NCBI RefSeq assembly: GCF_000315625.1
Contig: NW_005434667.1
Coordinates: forward strand, 31,906-95,905
From: Guillardia theta CCMP2712
Taxonomy: Eukaryota > Protista > Cryptophyta
Reading direction: 5' to 3'
Length of the DNA: 64,000 bases
The notes below the pieces were generated by a model. It worked only from the letters and a program-made list of their open reading frames with translations. It searched no databases and had not been told where the DNA came from. This document shows positions 23,127-35,899 of the stretch, one piece after another. The position numbers and the translations under genes were made by a program. Position 1 is the first letter of the stretch, and every line of letters begins with the position of its first letter.

Positions 23127-25064
23127 ATGAGAAGTAGATTGTTGACATTGATGCTGCTGCAGGGGGGGTTTGCGTGGAAGACAGCTAGCAAGAGAAGAAG
23201 GATTATGGTCAAAGGATCCTTCGCTACTTTCAGAAGAGATTTGACGTATTGTTTCTTCACGGTTGTTTACTTCACGGTGTTTGTTCACCAAGCACATTCT
23301 TGGAGGTACTTATACATCTTTGTTGTTTTTTTCTTCCTCTTTTGCTCTTCTTGTATCCCCTGGTGATGTGTTGGTCTGTTTCGCAGCGCTCCAACAACAT
23401 TTAGGACATCAAGTTCGAGCATGGGCTCCTGTCTCACACCGAAACTTCTTGGCCATGCAAGATTCTCTTGTGCTCGATCACACATCAGTGCGCTGCGATG
23501 CCTCCGAACCCCCGCCGCTCAGAATCGACTTGGTGCGAACTACTCGTGTTTGCTTGCACCTTCTAAAAGATTTCGTGACCACTGGCTTGCTTCCGCTCCC
23601 AGGCTTGAAGTTTCCCCTCCGTCTGAGAGGGGGCTGCATGGGTTGGCTGCTTCCTCAACGCTTCAGAGACCAGCAGCAGAGCCTACGCGCGTTCGTGTCT
23701 GCGGGAGGCAACGACTCGAGCATGAGACCTGACGAATCAAGCAAGGAAAACACCTCCGTCAGACCTCAGGTCCTGCCTTCATTCCAAATCTCTCTCCTAG
23801 CATTTCTTGTTCCAATGAGATGTACTCCTCTGCCTGAGGAAAACTCCTCGGCTCCCCTTACTCCTTTGTTACATGCTCCCTACTGTGATTAGTCAAACTC
23901 GGCCGACAATACACTTGCCAGGTTGTCTTCATCCTTGGCGGTCCTGGATCTGGGAAGGGAACACAATGCGGAAAGCTTACAGCAGGTATACAATCGAAGG
24001 GGAAGGCAGCGTGATGATAAGGTCGCGATTAGAATTTCGTCGGATGCGCCATCTCTCTGCAGGCGACCTCCTTCGAGAAGAGAGAAAGTCTGCAACCTCT
24101 CAAGTGGGATTTTATCTCTCGTGGCATTACAGGACGCTGACTTTACCTCACAGGGCGAGATGATCGACCAATACATGAAGGAGGGAAGAATCATTCCCGT
24201 GCGTTTTGATTACAATGATTTCAATTTGCTCAATTCAAAGCAGGTGGAAATCACAGCTCGCTTACTAAAACAAGCGATTGACAAAGACAAGTCAGAGAAA
24301 CTAAGGGACTGAGTTCACGTATGTCTGACATAGGTTCGCCTTGTAGGCATCGTTTTGATGTTTTTCTTATTGATGGATTTCCGCGGAACATGGTGAGAGA
24401 ACACCTGATGATTGGTATACTTCCGTTGTGACCGCGGCCTCGTAGGATAATCTGCGAGGCTGGAATGAGATAGTAGCTACTGACGTCAACGTGCAATTCA
24501 TGGTCTTCCTCGAGTGTAGCGAGGAGGTTTCATCTTTTCCCCGAGGTCCTTTGGCTCCTCACCATGACCGCAGGTGATGACTGAACGACTGAAACAGCGA
24601 GGAGAGACCAGTGGGCGGGTTGACGACAATGAGGTGAGCGAGGATCGGACGGAGGAGGATGGTGAAAGCTGCTGCTGTACAGGCATCGATTAGAAAGCGT
24701 TTCAAGGTCTATCAGTCGGTTGGTGCTGAATCTACTGTTGGGCTTGCTGAAGCATGAGCAGGAAACGATGCCAGTAGTGCTTCAATTCGAGCGAGAGAAG
24801 AAGCTCAGGTCAGTCAAAGCGAGGGACAATCATCGAATAACCAGCACTGCAGGAGAATCCGAGCAGACGAGGGGTCCATCGCAACCGTTTATGCACAAGT
24901 TAGGAAAACCATTGCTCCTCTCCTCGAGCACAAGGTCAGCAGAACCTCGCAGTCTCACGCCTGACTTGCTGTCGCAGAAACACCGGGGTCTGGGAGGAAA
25001 ACTATCCTTCGTGGGTGATCTCTTAAGGGTGAAATACGAGACCTTCTTGTGCCGTCGTTTCTGA
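23127..25064 (+). CDS. UMP-CMP kinase (adenylate kinase family) with long N-terminal targeting-like extension
   Basis: Exons: VVFILGGPGSGKGTQC, HLSAGDLLREER, FLIDGFPRN, FLECSEE, RGETSGRVDDN, IRKRFKVY. Confidence 0.88.
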
Positions 25065-25205
25065 CATGTCCACAGAATTTCTTCTTGACCAGGTTGGTGG
25101 TCAGTCTCCTCACTCGGGTCCGGAACAAAAGCGCATGATCATCAGCTGTAAATTGAGAGATCAACCGCAAGTCGATTCACTCCTGCTGTGCGCTCGGTGA
25201 ACAAG

Positions 25206-25820
25206 TCAATCCTCACTCCTTACTGCCAACTTTGACGGAAGAGTTTTCGACCCAAACCAGTATAGCCTCCCGTAGTCTACATAGAGCTCTTCCCCAGAAT
25301 GAATGACGCGCGTTGCGATGACATCTGCGTAGCCATCGTCTGCCTTTCGGTCAGACCATTCAATCATGACCTCTTGCTTTACCAGGCTTCTTCTGGAAGC
25401 GGACGTTATGTCGATCGGCTTGGCGGCAGTCGTTGATGTACCTTGCCTTCACCTCCGGGAAGTTTCTGGCATCGCATGAGTTTCGGTGGGCGAGGAGGGA
25501 GGGAGGCACTTGAGGTCGATGTATTTCTGGGGTCCAAGGCGCATCAAGAAGCTCTTGTCCTGTTTTACCATCAGCTCATGTCTTGCACGGCAACATATCC
25601 ACCTCAAGCTGCATGGCTTCTTTCGTAGTCAGAGTCCCTAGGGGCGATTCATATCGACATATCGTTTCCCCTTCCATGAAGTCTCGAGAAGCAAAAAGAC
25701 CCATCCCTGCACCAGGCAGCAAAGACTTGGCGACCAATAGATCCATGTCCAGTCTGCTTTCTTCATCGAAGATCATGACAAACAGGCAAACGTTCGATTT
25801 TCGCGTACCACCCGACATCC
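25206..25820 (-). CDS. Small stand-alone SET-domain protein
   Basis: Exons: KSLLPGAGMGLFASRDFMEGETICRY, ARYINDCR, VIATRVIHSGEELYVDYG. Confidence 0.85.
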
Positions 25821-26044
25821 ATGAAGTCGAGAGGAAATTTCTAGCCTGTGCTTTTGAATCATTACATAAAAACTTGTTGTAAGTTGCCCAACCAATATCT
25901 TGAGGCTGTATTATCATGTTCCAGAGCGACAAGTCATTTGAATCTGCATGCACTTTCAAAACCAAAGCGAAAAAAGCTACTCAGTTTTGAACACTACAAC
26001 ACAGCACAATCTTAATGCAGTGTCATAGAAAGGAAACTTCGGAT

Positions 26045-26923
26045 TCAAATTTTCCTCAAGGATAACATTATGGCTTCCTGTAGCTCGGAATCTTCATCTA
26101 TGCCCACATCTACCGGGTCTGTCAGATTTTTCTGGCTTTGTTTGCTATTCAAATCTGAATTGTTCCCATCGTTTTCATGTTCACTTGTAGAAAAGCCTGA
26201 TGATGCTTGGACTGGAGAGTATGAGACGGATGGATAAGAATTTCTCTCCAACTCCCTTCTAGAATGCCCAGACATGGCAGACATTGAAGAAAACAATGAA
26301 GACATCACATTCATTCTTGGCAGTTCAGCAAAGACATGTGAACCACATTTGAATATCAATCCGACCAAGAGCCCGATCACAGCAGGAATAAGAGAGAACG
26401 GCAATCTATACAAAAGCAGCTGAGAACAAAGCAGGATCTCAAACCATCTGTTGTCTATTCCAAACGTGAAGACAGAAAAGCGAACCTTCACGGGGATTTC
26501 AAACAAGTAGCGACTGAGAAGAGAAAAGTACAGGACTAAGGGGCCGCTCTTTGACAACTGGCGAGATTCTATTCCTAGAGGTAGGAAGAATGCTAATAAC
26601 AGCATCACAGCATGAGCAAAGCTTGCGAGGAAACACAAGAGCAGAAACTTCGAGCGCCCCAGATGACTTTCAACAAGCCTCATCCGAAACAAGAAGAAGC
26701 AACCGAACAACGTCTCTGCGCAAGTCTGCCACGTGATCCATCCCGCACACAAAGTCATACAAAATGCTGTGATGGAGGACGTGGAAAAGCGAGTCAGAAC
26801 GTCGAAGAAGGGCGTTGCGAATCTCCATATCTGATTGCAAGCTAGCAGGCAGAGTGAACCCAGCGCAAGCTTGCCCGTGACGGGATAGGCTGTCCAAATT
26901 GAAGCTGCCATATCCTCCTCCAT
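26045..26923 (-). CDS. Rhomboid-like pseudoprotease (UBAC2/Dsc2-like) with C-terminal UIM
   Basis: Intronless 293-aa ORF with several TM segments; YPVTGKL...FRMRLVESHLGRSKF; C-terminal EDSELQEAIMLSL fits the UIM pattern. Confidence 0.7.
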   Translation of the reverse strand: MEEDMAASIWTAYPVTGKLALGSLCLLACNQIWRFATPFFDVLTRFSTSSITAFCMTLCAGWITWQTCAETLFGCFFLFRMRLVESHLGRSKFLLLCFLASFAHAVMLLLAFFLPLGIESRQLSKSGPLVLYFSLLSRYLFEIPVKVRFSVFTFGIDNRWFEILLCSQLLLYRLPFSLIPAVIGLLVGLIFKCGSHVFAELPRMNVMSSLFSSMSAMSGHSRRELERNSYPSVSYSPVQASSGFSTSEHENDGNNSDLNSKQSQKNLTDPVDVGIDEDSELQEAIMLSLRKI

Positions 26924-27220
26924 CAACGCTGAGACCAGTGAGAGTAGGTGATATCACATATGTCTTGCAACCATTTGCCGCACGGGAAAGCGCAGCATCT
27001 GTAAGGGGTGGAGTGAGGCAGAACAAGCGGAACAGGCATTAGGAGCGAGCCAAGTGTAAACTAGGGAGTGAAAACATGGAGGGGGTGGCAAGTCATATAG
27101 TACAAGATGGAGAAGGGGAAAGAGGGAAGTGTGTGAAAGGGAGAATCCGACAGGGGATTGGAGGGGTTGGCATAGATGAGGATAGAGGATGTGGCAGTAC
27201 CTGGTCTCCAGCAGGAGCTG

Positions 27221-27470
27221 ACAAGCCTCACAAGCCTCACAAGCCTCACACGCTTGTCTACACCCTCACTGCTCCAGCTGAGCTGAGCTCTTGGTGCCGG
27301 TGCTGGTGCCGGTGCTGGTGCTGGTGCCGGTGCTGGTGCCGGTGCTGGTGCCGGTGCTGGTGCCGATGCTGCTCAACTGGCTGCTCAACTGGCTGCTCAA
27401 CTGGCTGCTCAACTGGCTGCTCAACTGGCTGCTCAACTGGCTGCTCAACCAGCTGCTCAACACTGCTCAA
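27221..27470. repeat. Compound minisatellite: ACAAGCCTC x3, TGGTGC/CGGTGC hexamers, CTGGCTGCTCAA 12-mers
   Basis: Read directly from the sequence. Confidence 0.9.
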
Positions 27471-28659
27471 CCAGGAGGCGGGTCGGAGAGGGTGATGAGG
27501 GTACACGTTGGCGGGAAGGGCAGTGGGCGCAGAGGACTGGGCGGGAAGGGTGGGGTAATGACAGTACCCCTTCATATGAGTGAACTATTGGTGATAAAGG
27601 TATGGTAGAGGTACAAGGATCGATTTTAAACATGGAGGTAGGGTGAAGCGAACAGATGGATGGCCGAACGTGACATCCAAAAAGGTGGGTGGGGTGAATG
27701 GGGTGGTGTCAATCAGAGGGTACTCAAAGGGAATAGATAGGGTGCATAGCATGTTCCAGGGGGTTGGGGGTAGCGAGAATAGTGGGAAAGCGAGATTGTT
27801 ATGTCCTCTCCTCTTCCAGTCCTGCCTCCCTCGGTCCTCGACAGCAGCACATGGTCAACGTAGCTCACCATGGCAGCTGCAGCGCTCAATGGCTCTGAGC
27901 ACTGACCTCCTGCCAAGCGCCTATCTCTTGCTTGACTTGATATCGTCTTGCTGTTCCTTGCTCGTTTCCTGGGTATCTATCCAAGCTATCTGTCGTGGCT
28001 GAAACGTTGATTCTGATCTGTTGATTTGGAATGAAACCCCAAATACGTTTGATTGTTGAGTGCGCATGAGGCATGAAAGAAACTGATTGTAGTGTTCGCG
28101 ATGCCATGAGAAACGAAGATAACGTGTCTTGGAATGAAACACACCAGAACGTGGATATGATTGTGTCTGATCTGGCCTTGCACAGGGATATGGCCTTGAG
28201 CTCTAGAAAAAGAATGCTTGGAGGGGCACCTGGTACAGATGAAAACGCAATCCGAAGACGAGTCAGGTCTCAAATACACTGTTTTGTCCGCTGAGTTCTT
28301 TGACCTTGTGATATGAGTTGCACAACCCAGACTTTGTTGCAATATCTGTTATGTTGGGCGACTGTTACATTTGAGTTGTGGTGGAGGTGGATGCATGATA
28401 TTTGCGACTGCAAGAGTCCCAGAGATTCGAGCCATTCGTGCATGACGTCGATTCGCGATATGACATGAGATACCTTCTTGTTGTCTGTCGCGTCATCAAC
28501 GATGTCGAGAATTGTCTGTGGATAATTTTGTGTTTTGGGGATCTTTGCAGACTTCATGAAAAGCAATCTTTTGGAATCTGTTTCAAAAATTCTTGTCTTG
28601 GATGGTCCCATGTTGTCAGTGGGAAGATGATTAAGGTTGTTCTGACACTTTGGGTACAC

Positions 28660-30247
28660 AGAGGGCCTCCGGGATCTCGAGTGTACGTGGGTAATCTTTC
28701 ATGGGAATGCTCATGGCAAGACCTGAAAGATCATATGCGCGGACCTGGAGGAGATCTGGTGCTACTTCTCGTTGCTCATGTCTGGCAGTCTTTCCTGAAA
28801 GTTTGTGAAAGGACGTTGTATACTCAGAAGTGATGTACGACAGTGGTGGAAGAAGGTTCTGTGCGTCATCGCCAGGGTTGCATTCCCCTGAGACAAGTTT
28901 TTCAGCAAAGGATGTGCCCTCGTAGAATACTCTTCACCTCAATTTGCAACAAGAGCAATCGAAGAGCTTCATGATACTGTGCGCATAACGCAGTCGTTCA
29001 ATTTTCAGACTGAACACACTTCAGGAAATAAGAGGGCGTAAGATCTTTGTTCGCGAGGACAGAGAGGACTCAAGGGTGTACGTTGGAAACCTGAGCTGGG
29101 AAGCTGCTTGGCAGGAAAATGAGCCGAATGCTTCCTTCTCTCGCCTTACTTGGGTAAACAGGATGTGAAAGACCACATGCGCGGACCCAATCAGGACATG
29201 GTGAACCTGGCTCTGTAGACCATCTTGCATTTGATGCAACCTCAACCTTGCAGGACGTGAAGCATGTCGATGTTCTCCTGGACCCTGTAGGCAGAAGGTT
29301 GGAAATCATAGACTTTTACGTGCAAGAGGAGGGTTTCTGACTCTGTTTCATCCAGCAAAGGATGCGCGATTGTTGAGTATTCATCTCCTGCCGAAGCGCA
29401 GCGTGCCATTGATGAACTTAACCACACCGTAAGTAGTATGTGGTGATTTGATCCCTGCTGTTTGAATGATTAGTCGTTGATCAGGATTTGTTGGGGAGAA
29501 ACATTTTTGTGCGTGAAGATCGTGAGAATGGAATTTCGAGCAACAGTGAGAATTGATGAGTTTAAATCACTTTCTCATCCGATTTCAGACAATGGCGTAA
29601 CTCAAGTCACTTTTAATGGCGTCAACCACAATCCGGCTGTGGTTCGAGGACCTTTCACCGTCATGAGAGGTGTTCTCGATCCCAAACTTGTTGTTTCTGA
29701 TTCGTCCACAGGAAATATGAGGCCGAACGTGCCCATGCCTCAACGCGTCCAGATGCCCAGAGTGACTCGAGGTCATTTGACTGCTACCAGCTTGAGACCT
29801 AAACCCTCTCTGCCCAGGGCCCCAGGTCCGACCTGCTCTTAAACGGCCTGGACAAGGTCGCCGCGTGTACGTGGGGAACTTGTCGTGGGACTGCCAGTGG
29901 CAGGTAAGAGGCTGGAGCTCTCCGAGACTGCGCTGACAGCAATCAAGGACCTGAAGGATCACATGCGAGCAGCAGGCGAAGTGCGCTATGCGGACATCAT
30001 GTACGGTGAGAGCAACTCTGCTGAAGCTGGTTCACTTTCCACAATGATTTACGTGAGGCATCAGGACCAGATGGAAGATCCAAGGGATGCGCTTTGGTTG
30101 AGTATAATACGGTGGAAGAAGCGCAGAAGGCTATCACAGAGCTGCATGATTCTGTACCCGAGTTTTGAGAGTCGAAATTTTACTTACTTGCTGCAGGACC
30201 TTATGGGCCGCTTGATTTTCGTGCGCGAGGATCGAGAGAACGTTTGA
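28660..30247 (+). CDS. GBP2/HRB1/hnRNP-M-like protein with three RRMs (upstream exons from ~27800 possible)
   Basis: Three copies of RVYVGNLSW...WQDxKDHMR...SKGCAxVEY...GRxIFVREDRE split by short introns. Confidence 0.85.
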
Positions 30248-30730
30248 TGTAGTTCTCACGATGTTAAGTCAGTTCTCAACGGGTCGCCCGGCGGACTCCG
30301 AGCCTGTGGAGTTCCCGGCGCCGAAAGCCTCTCGTCGTAGAAAGTTCTTTCACTTCATAATTTTGGTAACGAAATTTCGGCGCGGATTTTTAAAAATGAA
30401 AGTCTGAGAAATTTATGATTTGACGTCACGTCATTGTAGCACGGACAGTTGCCGTTGGCCCAGTGGCTCCGGTGGCCGGGCCGAAGCCCGACCCGGTGAT
30501 CGGGCCGCCGCCCGCGGCCGTCGCAGCCGCGTACTCAGCGGAGTCCAAGTTGAAGCCTCGGCATGAGTGGGCCGGGGCCGGGCGCCCGGCCAACGGCGGC
30601 GGGAGGAGAAAAAAGAAATCGAGGCCAGTCAAGTTGACGTGAGGTTGAAGGCGGGAGTGGGAGAGGGAGAGAGAGAGTCTGTGGGACATAGCGAGAGGAG
30701 GGGGCAATTCTATGATCAACGGAGACTTGG

Positions 30731-33091
30731 AATGAGTATGGACGCCCAAAGTTGGCAGGAGAGCAGGAGAAGTCAACATGAGGCCCTCAGAACTCATGTC
30801 AGCTCTCTTCATGCGCAGAGGCTCGAGCAGCTTGATCAAGCAGCAACTTCTCATAGAGAGAGAGGGGCAAGGCTCAAGCAGGTCCTGAGCGAACACCGAC
30901 GCATATTGCATGACTTGTCCAAGTCCATGGAGACAAAGAGCGATGAGCGCAAGGATGGGCTGATCGACAAGCTTGGAGGGCTCTCCCAATTCTTCAAGCA
31001 AGATTTTCCTGCCTATGCAGGCAATGCAGCGTCGAGGTACGAGTCAATGCAGAACACGCAGAGCAGGAGGAAGAATTTCAAAGTCGAGAATCCATTCCTG
31101 ACAGAAGATGTGTCGCAGACAGACTCTTCCATGTGTAACTTCGAGGCGGGGTCAGACCTGGAGGACAGGTGCTCAGAACCTCTTGACGTCTTCGATGCGT
31201 CAGCGATCCCTGATCAACAAACTCCGAGGGTGAATACACCCGTGACAAGCGCCCGCAATCACCACGAGCATAAGCAATCCAAGCTAATACGAAATGGAAG
31301 GATCCTTGATAGAGAATCTCACTCTAAACAACGAAGCGCAAACAAAGACTCTCCTCTTCCTGACCCAGATCAACTGAATCTCGTGGACTCCATCCACCTC
31401 GACGTCTTAGATCAGGACGGACTGCATTTTTTGTGGACGATGGAGAAAGAATTTGCAGTTTTTTTTAACAGAGTCAAGCACCTGGAGCACACCATGCAAG
31501 CTGTCTCCTCTTCTCTTCATCACACGCTACAAAGGTTGCAAGATAAATTTTGAACTTCTACTGAAGCCGGAACGCAGACAGAACACCATTGTATCTGAGC
31601 TACGAGGAGGACTTCTTGAAGAAGTGAAACTCAACAAAGATGGAACCCACATCCTGTCTGATCTTGAATCTTAGTTGAATGCGCTGAAGAATGCTGTGGG
31701 AAGCCTCAAGCATGCAAAAGAGCAACTAGAGCAGCAGCTCATTGCCAAAGACCAACACATTAAGGTTTATCGAAACAAGTTGTATCTTTAAATACTGATG
31801 AAAGGTTTGAAGAGAATTGAAGAAAATCTGGAAATGATGAGAAGTCATGTAAGCTATCAGAACAAGATGTCAAGGTTCATTCGTGTCTTCTGATTGCTCT
31901 TGTAACTTTCCGTCAGTCACATCGAGAAGCGAGCTGATGTTTGCGAGGAGATGGTTCTAAACATCGAGCTATGCCTGGCTTCAGGTGTGCTTGCGGTTCT
32001 CGCCCGAGAAGCTCTTGTGCTCCTTACAGCCTTGCAGTGCGACAAGAGTTTGTCCCTGGACATGCAGGTTCTGCTGCAAGAAACGCTTTGCATGAAGAAA
32101 TCGCTCGCAGCAAGTCGCTGTCCGAACAGCTGCTTGCAATACAAGTCGAGATGGCAGCCAAGGTTTTTGAGCAGAAAAGAAAAAATATTCTGATTTCACG
32201 TTGCAGGACGCGAGAATGCAAACTGCGAGGATCGAAGCGAAGAACATCTGGCACAAGCTTGAGCATGTCCAGAATGAGCATAGGAGGAAGATGATTTCTT
32301 CTCAGCGACTGATCTCAAGCTTGAACCACAAGGTCGTTAAAAGTCAAAGATGATGACATGTGCTGACGTTCTGCCGGAAGAATCGCGAGTACGAGAAGCA
32401 AGTCAGCGAGCTCAAAGATCAACTTCGACTTGTACAACATGCGGGAGGAAGGGAAGGAGGCGATAAAACGATGGAGAAGAACCCCCTAGCAAGGGAAACA
32501 CCTGTTGGTCACCAAGACTTCGCCATGAGAGTGGTAGTCACTTTCCTCTCCTCCCCTCTCTCTCCCTCCCCTCCGCTTCACTCCTACCTGCTCCCCTCCT
32601 CACCTCCCCTGTCCCCTTCCCCTCTAAAAACCTCCCTTACTCCCCTGCTCCCTGAACGCGATTGGCACTTCACCCCCCTTCCTTGCGTTCCTCCACTGAC
32701 ATCTTGAATCTCTAAGAGAAGCTCGCTGCCCGCGTCTCTTGGACTTTCTCCTCTTGACCTGACCGACGACGATCATCGAGAGCATGTAGAGTCGCTCGTG
32801 AAGGTCAGCAGGAGGATTGAGAGGCCGGATGAGCAGACATGACTCTTGTTGCCGCAGTCAGTCGAGGGCTTGTGGCGCCTTCAAGATGAAGCAGCTGGCG
32901 CATGTGACATACAGGATCACGATCATGACCAGTATCAGTATCAGGATCAGGATCAGGATCAGGATCAGGATCCTCCAGGCAGACTTGACGAGAGCGCGGC
33001 CTCGTCTGAGGGAGGGATGAAGTACCAGATTCTTCAATCCGCCCATGCTGATCATCACGGGGCTGACATTTCCTTCTCATTCAACCTGTAA
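30731..33091 (+). CDS. Multi-exon coiled-coil hypothetical protein
   Basis: Long first exon (MSMDAQSWQ...), E/Q/K-rich downstream exons, DQ repeat in the last exon. Confidence 0.55.
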
Positions 33092-33550
33092 GATAGCAAG
33101 GCTCCCCTGCTTTCTCCCTCTTCCCCTCAACTAGCGACTCTTCTGACCCTCATCGCCTCGCACTTTCGATCTGAGAGTCACATCATTTTCATGTCTGTCT
33201 CAATGAATGATGACAAACGTCGCTCGCCCCTGCCAAAAACACGATGAAACCAAACAAGTCCCCCTCAGAGGCAGATATACAGAACAGGAAAGGCAGCAGA
33301 TTTGACCCCATTCAGAATCTTAACTGACTTTTAGTATTAATAAAGAAATTGAGCAAAGCTTCAAGTGGATTAGGCGGTTGGAGAGTGTTTTTCGAACAAA
33401 GGGCGTGTGAAGGCGTGTAGAGTGTGAGTGAGTGCGGGGGAGGAGGGAGGAGACGAGAAAACACGATGGCACATGAAAGAGCGACATGTTATGTTGTTTG
33501 CTCTCCGCTCTTCTCATGGTTCTGATTGCAGGCTCAAGTTTTCAGCTGCT

Positions 33551-35370
33551 CGATGCTTGCCGAGTGCGAGGCACAAGTGCGGCAGGAGAAAAGGCGACAA
33601 CAGAAGGTGAAGAAACTGGCAGCTCTTCCTCGACCTCCCGAGCTCTGTCAAGACTTTCTGAGCACAGAACCATGCTTCGTTTCTCCTTCGGATGTAAAAT
33701 GTCTGTGCAGGCTACACCAGGACGACGCTGTTTCCAATGTAATCCCGGCAAACATTAGGCTGGATCGAAGCCCCTTTGTGATAGGACGAGACTCCACCAG
33801 CAATGTCGACGCTTGTCTCTTGCATCCCTTTGAAGAAAAAATGATTTCTCGCTTCCATGCCATCTTTCGTCTCCGAAAGCATCAAGACGCCAAGGAGAGC
33901 TGCTGGGAGGTTTTTGATCTCCAGAGCTTGAATGGATTGTTTGTTAATGGGAAGAAGATTTCACATACTATTCTTCGAGATGGAGATGTTGTCATATTTG
34001 GATGCACTTCACGTACAGGGACAAACAAACATGCTCAGATTCCATCCATGATGAGCTTCAGATTCTGCTCAGATCAGTCTAACGATGCCACAAATGTCAG
34101 GCAGAAACGTTCACTACAGAGAGGTGAAGGGGAGAGTCTGCAAATGCAGAAGCGCGTATGCCCGTCGGACAACTTGAGTCATCGCGAGGGCAACGTCAAG
34201 TCTCGCATCCCTCTTTCTCCCCTCGTCAACAGGCAGGCCACAAGCCCTCGCGGGTCAAAAACTCCCAACATGTATCTCGATGCTCAATGCGTCGGTGGAG
34301 ATCTAGTCTGTCCGATCTGTCAGGACTACATGGTGGCCTGTACCTCCTTGCAATGCTCACACTTGTGATGATTGTTGACTCTTGTTATCTTTCCTTGCTG
34401 ATTGTGATCAGGTTCTGCAACGCATGTATTCACACGTGGTTGAGGTGATGTCTAGGGGGGTCTTGTGGCGTTAGAATGATTCTGTTCCAGCAAGCATAAA
34501 TGCTGTCCAGTCTGCAGGAAAGAGATTGAAACGTTGGAAGAACCCATACGGATGAGAGTTGTTGACTCGGTTCGTCGTTGCTGTCTTTTTCGTACTTCCA
34601 CTCGCTTCCTTTCCTGCTATCCCCTGCCTTCCTCACCCCCTTTCCTGTCTTCCCTTCCCTTAACCTGTCCTCTCCTCCCCTTGTCTTGGGTTGCTGAAAT
34701 CTCCTCTGCTACTTGGTAGATGATAGAGAAACTTGCCCCGCACCTTCCGAAAGAGGATCAGGAATCGCTGCGAGCGAGGAAGGGAACCTACGACAACGAG
34801 GACGCGACGGCAAGCGCATGAAGAGAAGAGGCTGATGCTGATCGAGCGGCAGAACAAGCGCAGGGCGCAGGAGCTTGAGATCAACATCCGAGACACCGGA
34901 AAGGCAAACTTGCTTCATGTAGGAATGGGCCGCTGGTCGGAGGAGCAGTCAAGGAACTTCATTGGAGGAACCGAATATTACAAAGTGAGAAGGGAGACGT
35001 GAAAGCACTGCTGACGTGCGGGCAGGGCCGAGCAAGACAAGTGTACTGCAGCAGTGCGGGGTTTGACCGACGTTTCATCGAGGGAGCGAGCAGGGAAGAG
35101 CTGGAGAGAGCGACAGACAACTTGAAGCTCCAGGGAAACCACGGTAACCCCTCATCCCTACTGTCATCATCCGCCTCTCCCCTCCTTCCGTGTCTTCCTC
35201 CTCCGCTTCTTGCTCCGTCTTTGACAAGCTCTTGAGCAGGTGCGGCAACAGAGGTCAGTAGCAGAAGCTCTGCGTCTAGTCTCATATTGCCGCAGACTCG
35301 CACAACACAGAGCATGCGGCAGACGTTGTGGTTGTTCCTCGCCTGGGGCTTCCGACATGGAAGATGAGGA
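33551..35370 (+). CDS. FHA + RING E3 ubiquitin ligase (RNF8/CHFR-like)
   Basis: FHA: FVIGRD...ISRFHA...DLQSLNGLFVNG...LRDGDVVIFG. RING: CPICQD...CSH-FCNACI...CPVCR across introns. Confidence 0.85.
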
Positions 35371-35899
35371 AGAAGAATTATAATGATGTAAAGAATCGAA
35401 TGTGACAGGTCAAACGTACAAAGGAAGTTGAAGATAAGTAGCTCGAACATGCGAGAACAATGGCACATCCAATCCCCACTCCTTTGCTCGGTCATATCCC
35501 TCCCCCTCCCCCTCCCCCTCCCCTGATCCTTCCCTTCTCCTCTCCCTCCCTCTCCCTTCCCTTCTCCTCTCCTCTCCCTCCCTCCAGCGTTGTCCCCTTC
35601 CATTTGCACCCCTTCCCTCATATTTCCGTCCCCCGACTGCTGAGGTTTTTTATCCCCGAACAATCCGCTCGCCCCGCCCTGCTCACGCACCTTGTCGCTC
35701 CGCCTTCCCAGGGAGCAGAGGTAGACTGCGAAGGAGGCGGAGGCGGAGGCGGAGGTGACCGGGTCAGGGGCATGGAGGGGACATGGAGTTGGAATGGAGA
35801 GAAAGATGGAGAGGAAGGGAAGGGAGCTGGTGATAGTCGTGACTGGCATAGACAATGGTGAGGGTGTGAGACGAGTGAAGGCAGAGCATGAGCATGAGG

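Noticed and set aside
28660-30247. Functional link between the GBP2-like (G-strand-binding family) gene and the telomeric tracts
   Set aside because: Ordinary intron-rich host gene more than 20 kb from the main mosaic; proximity is not evidence.
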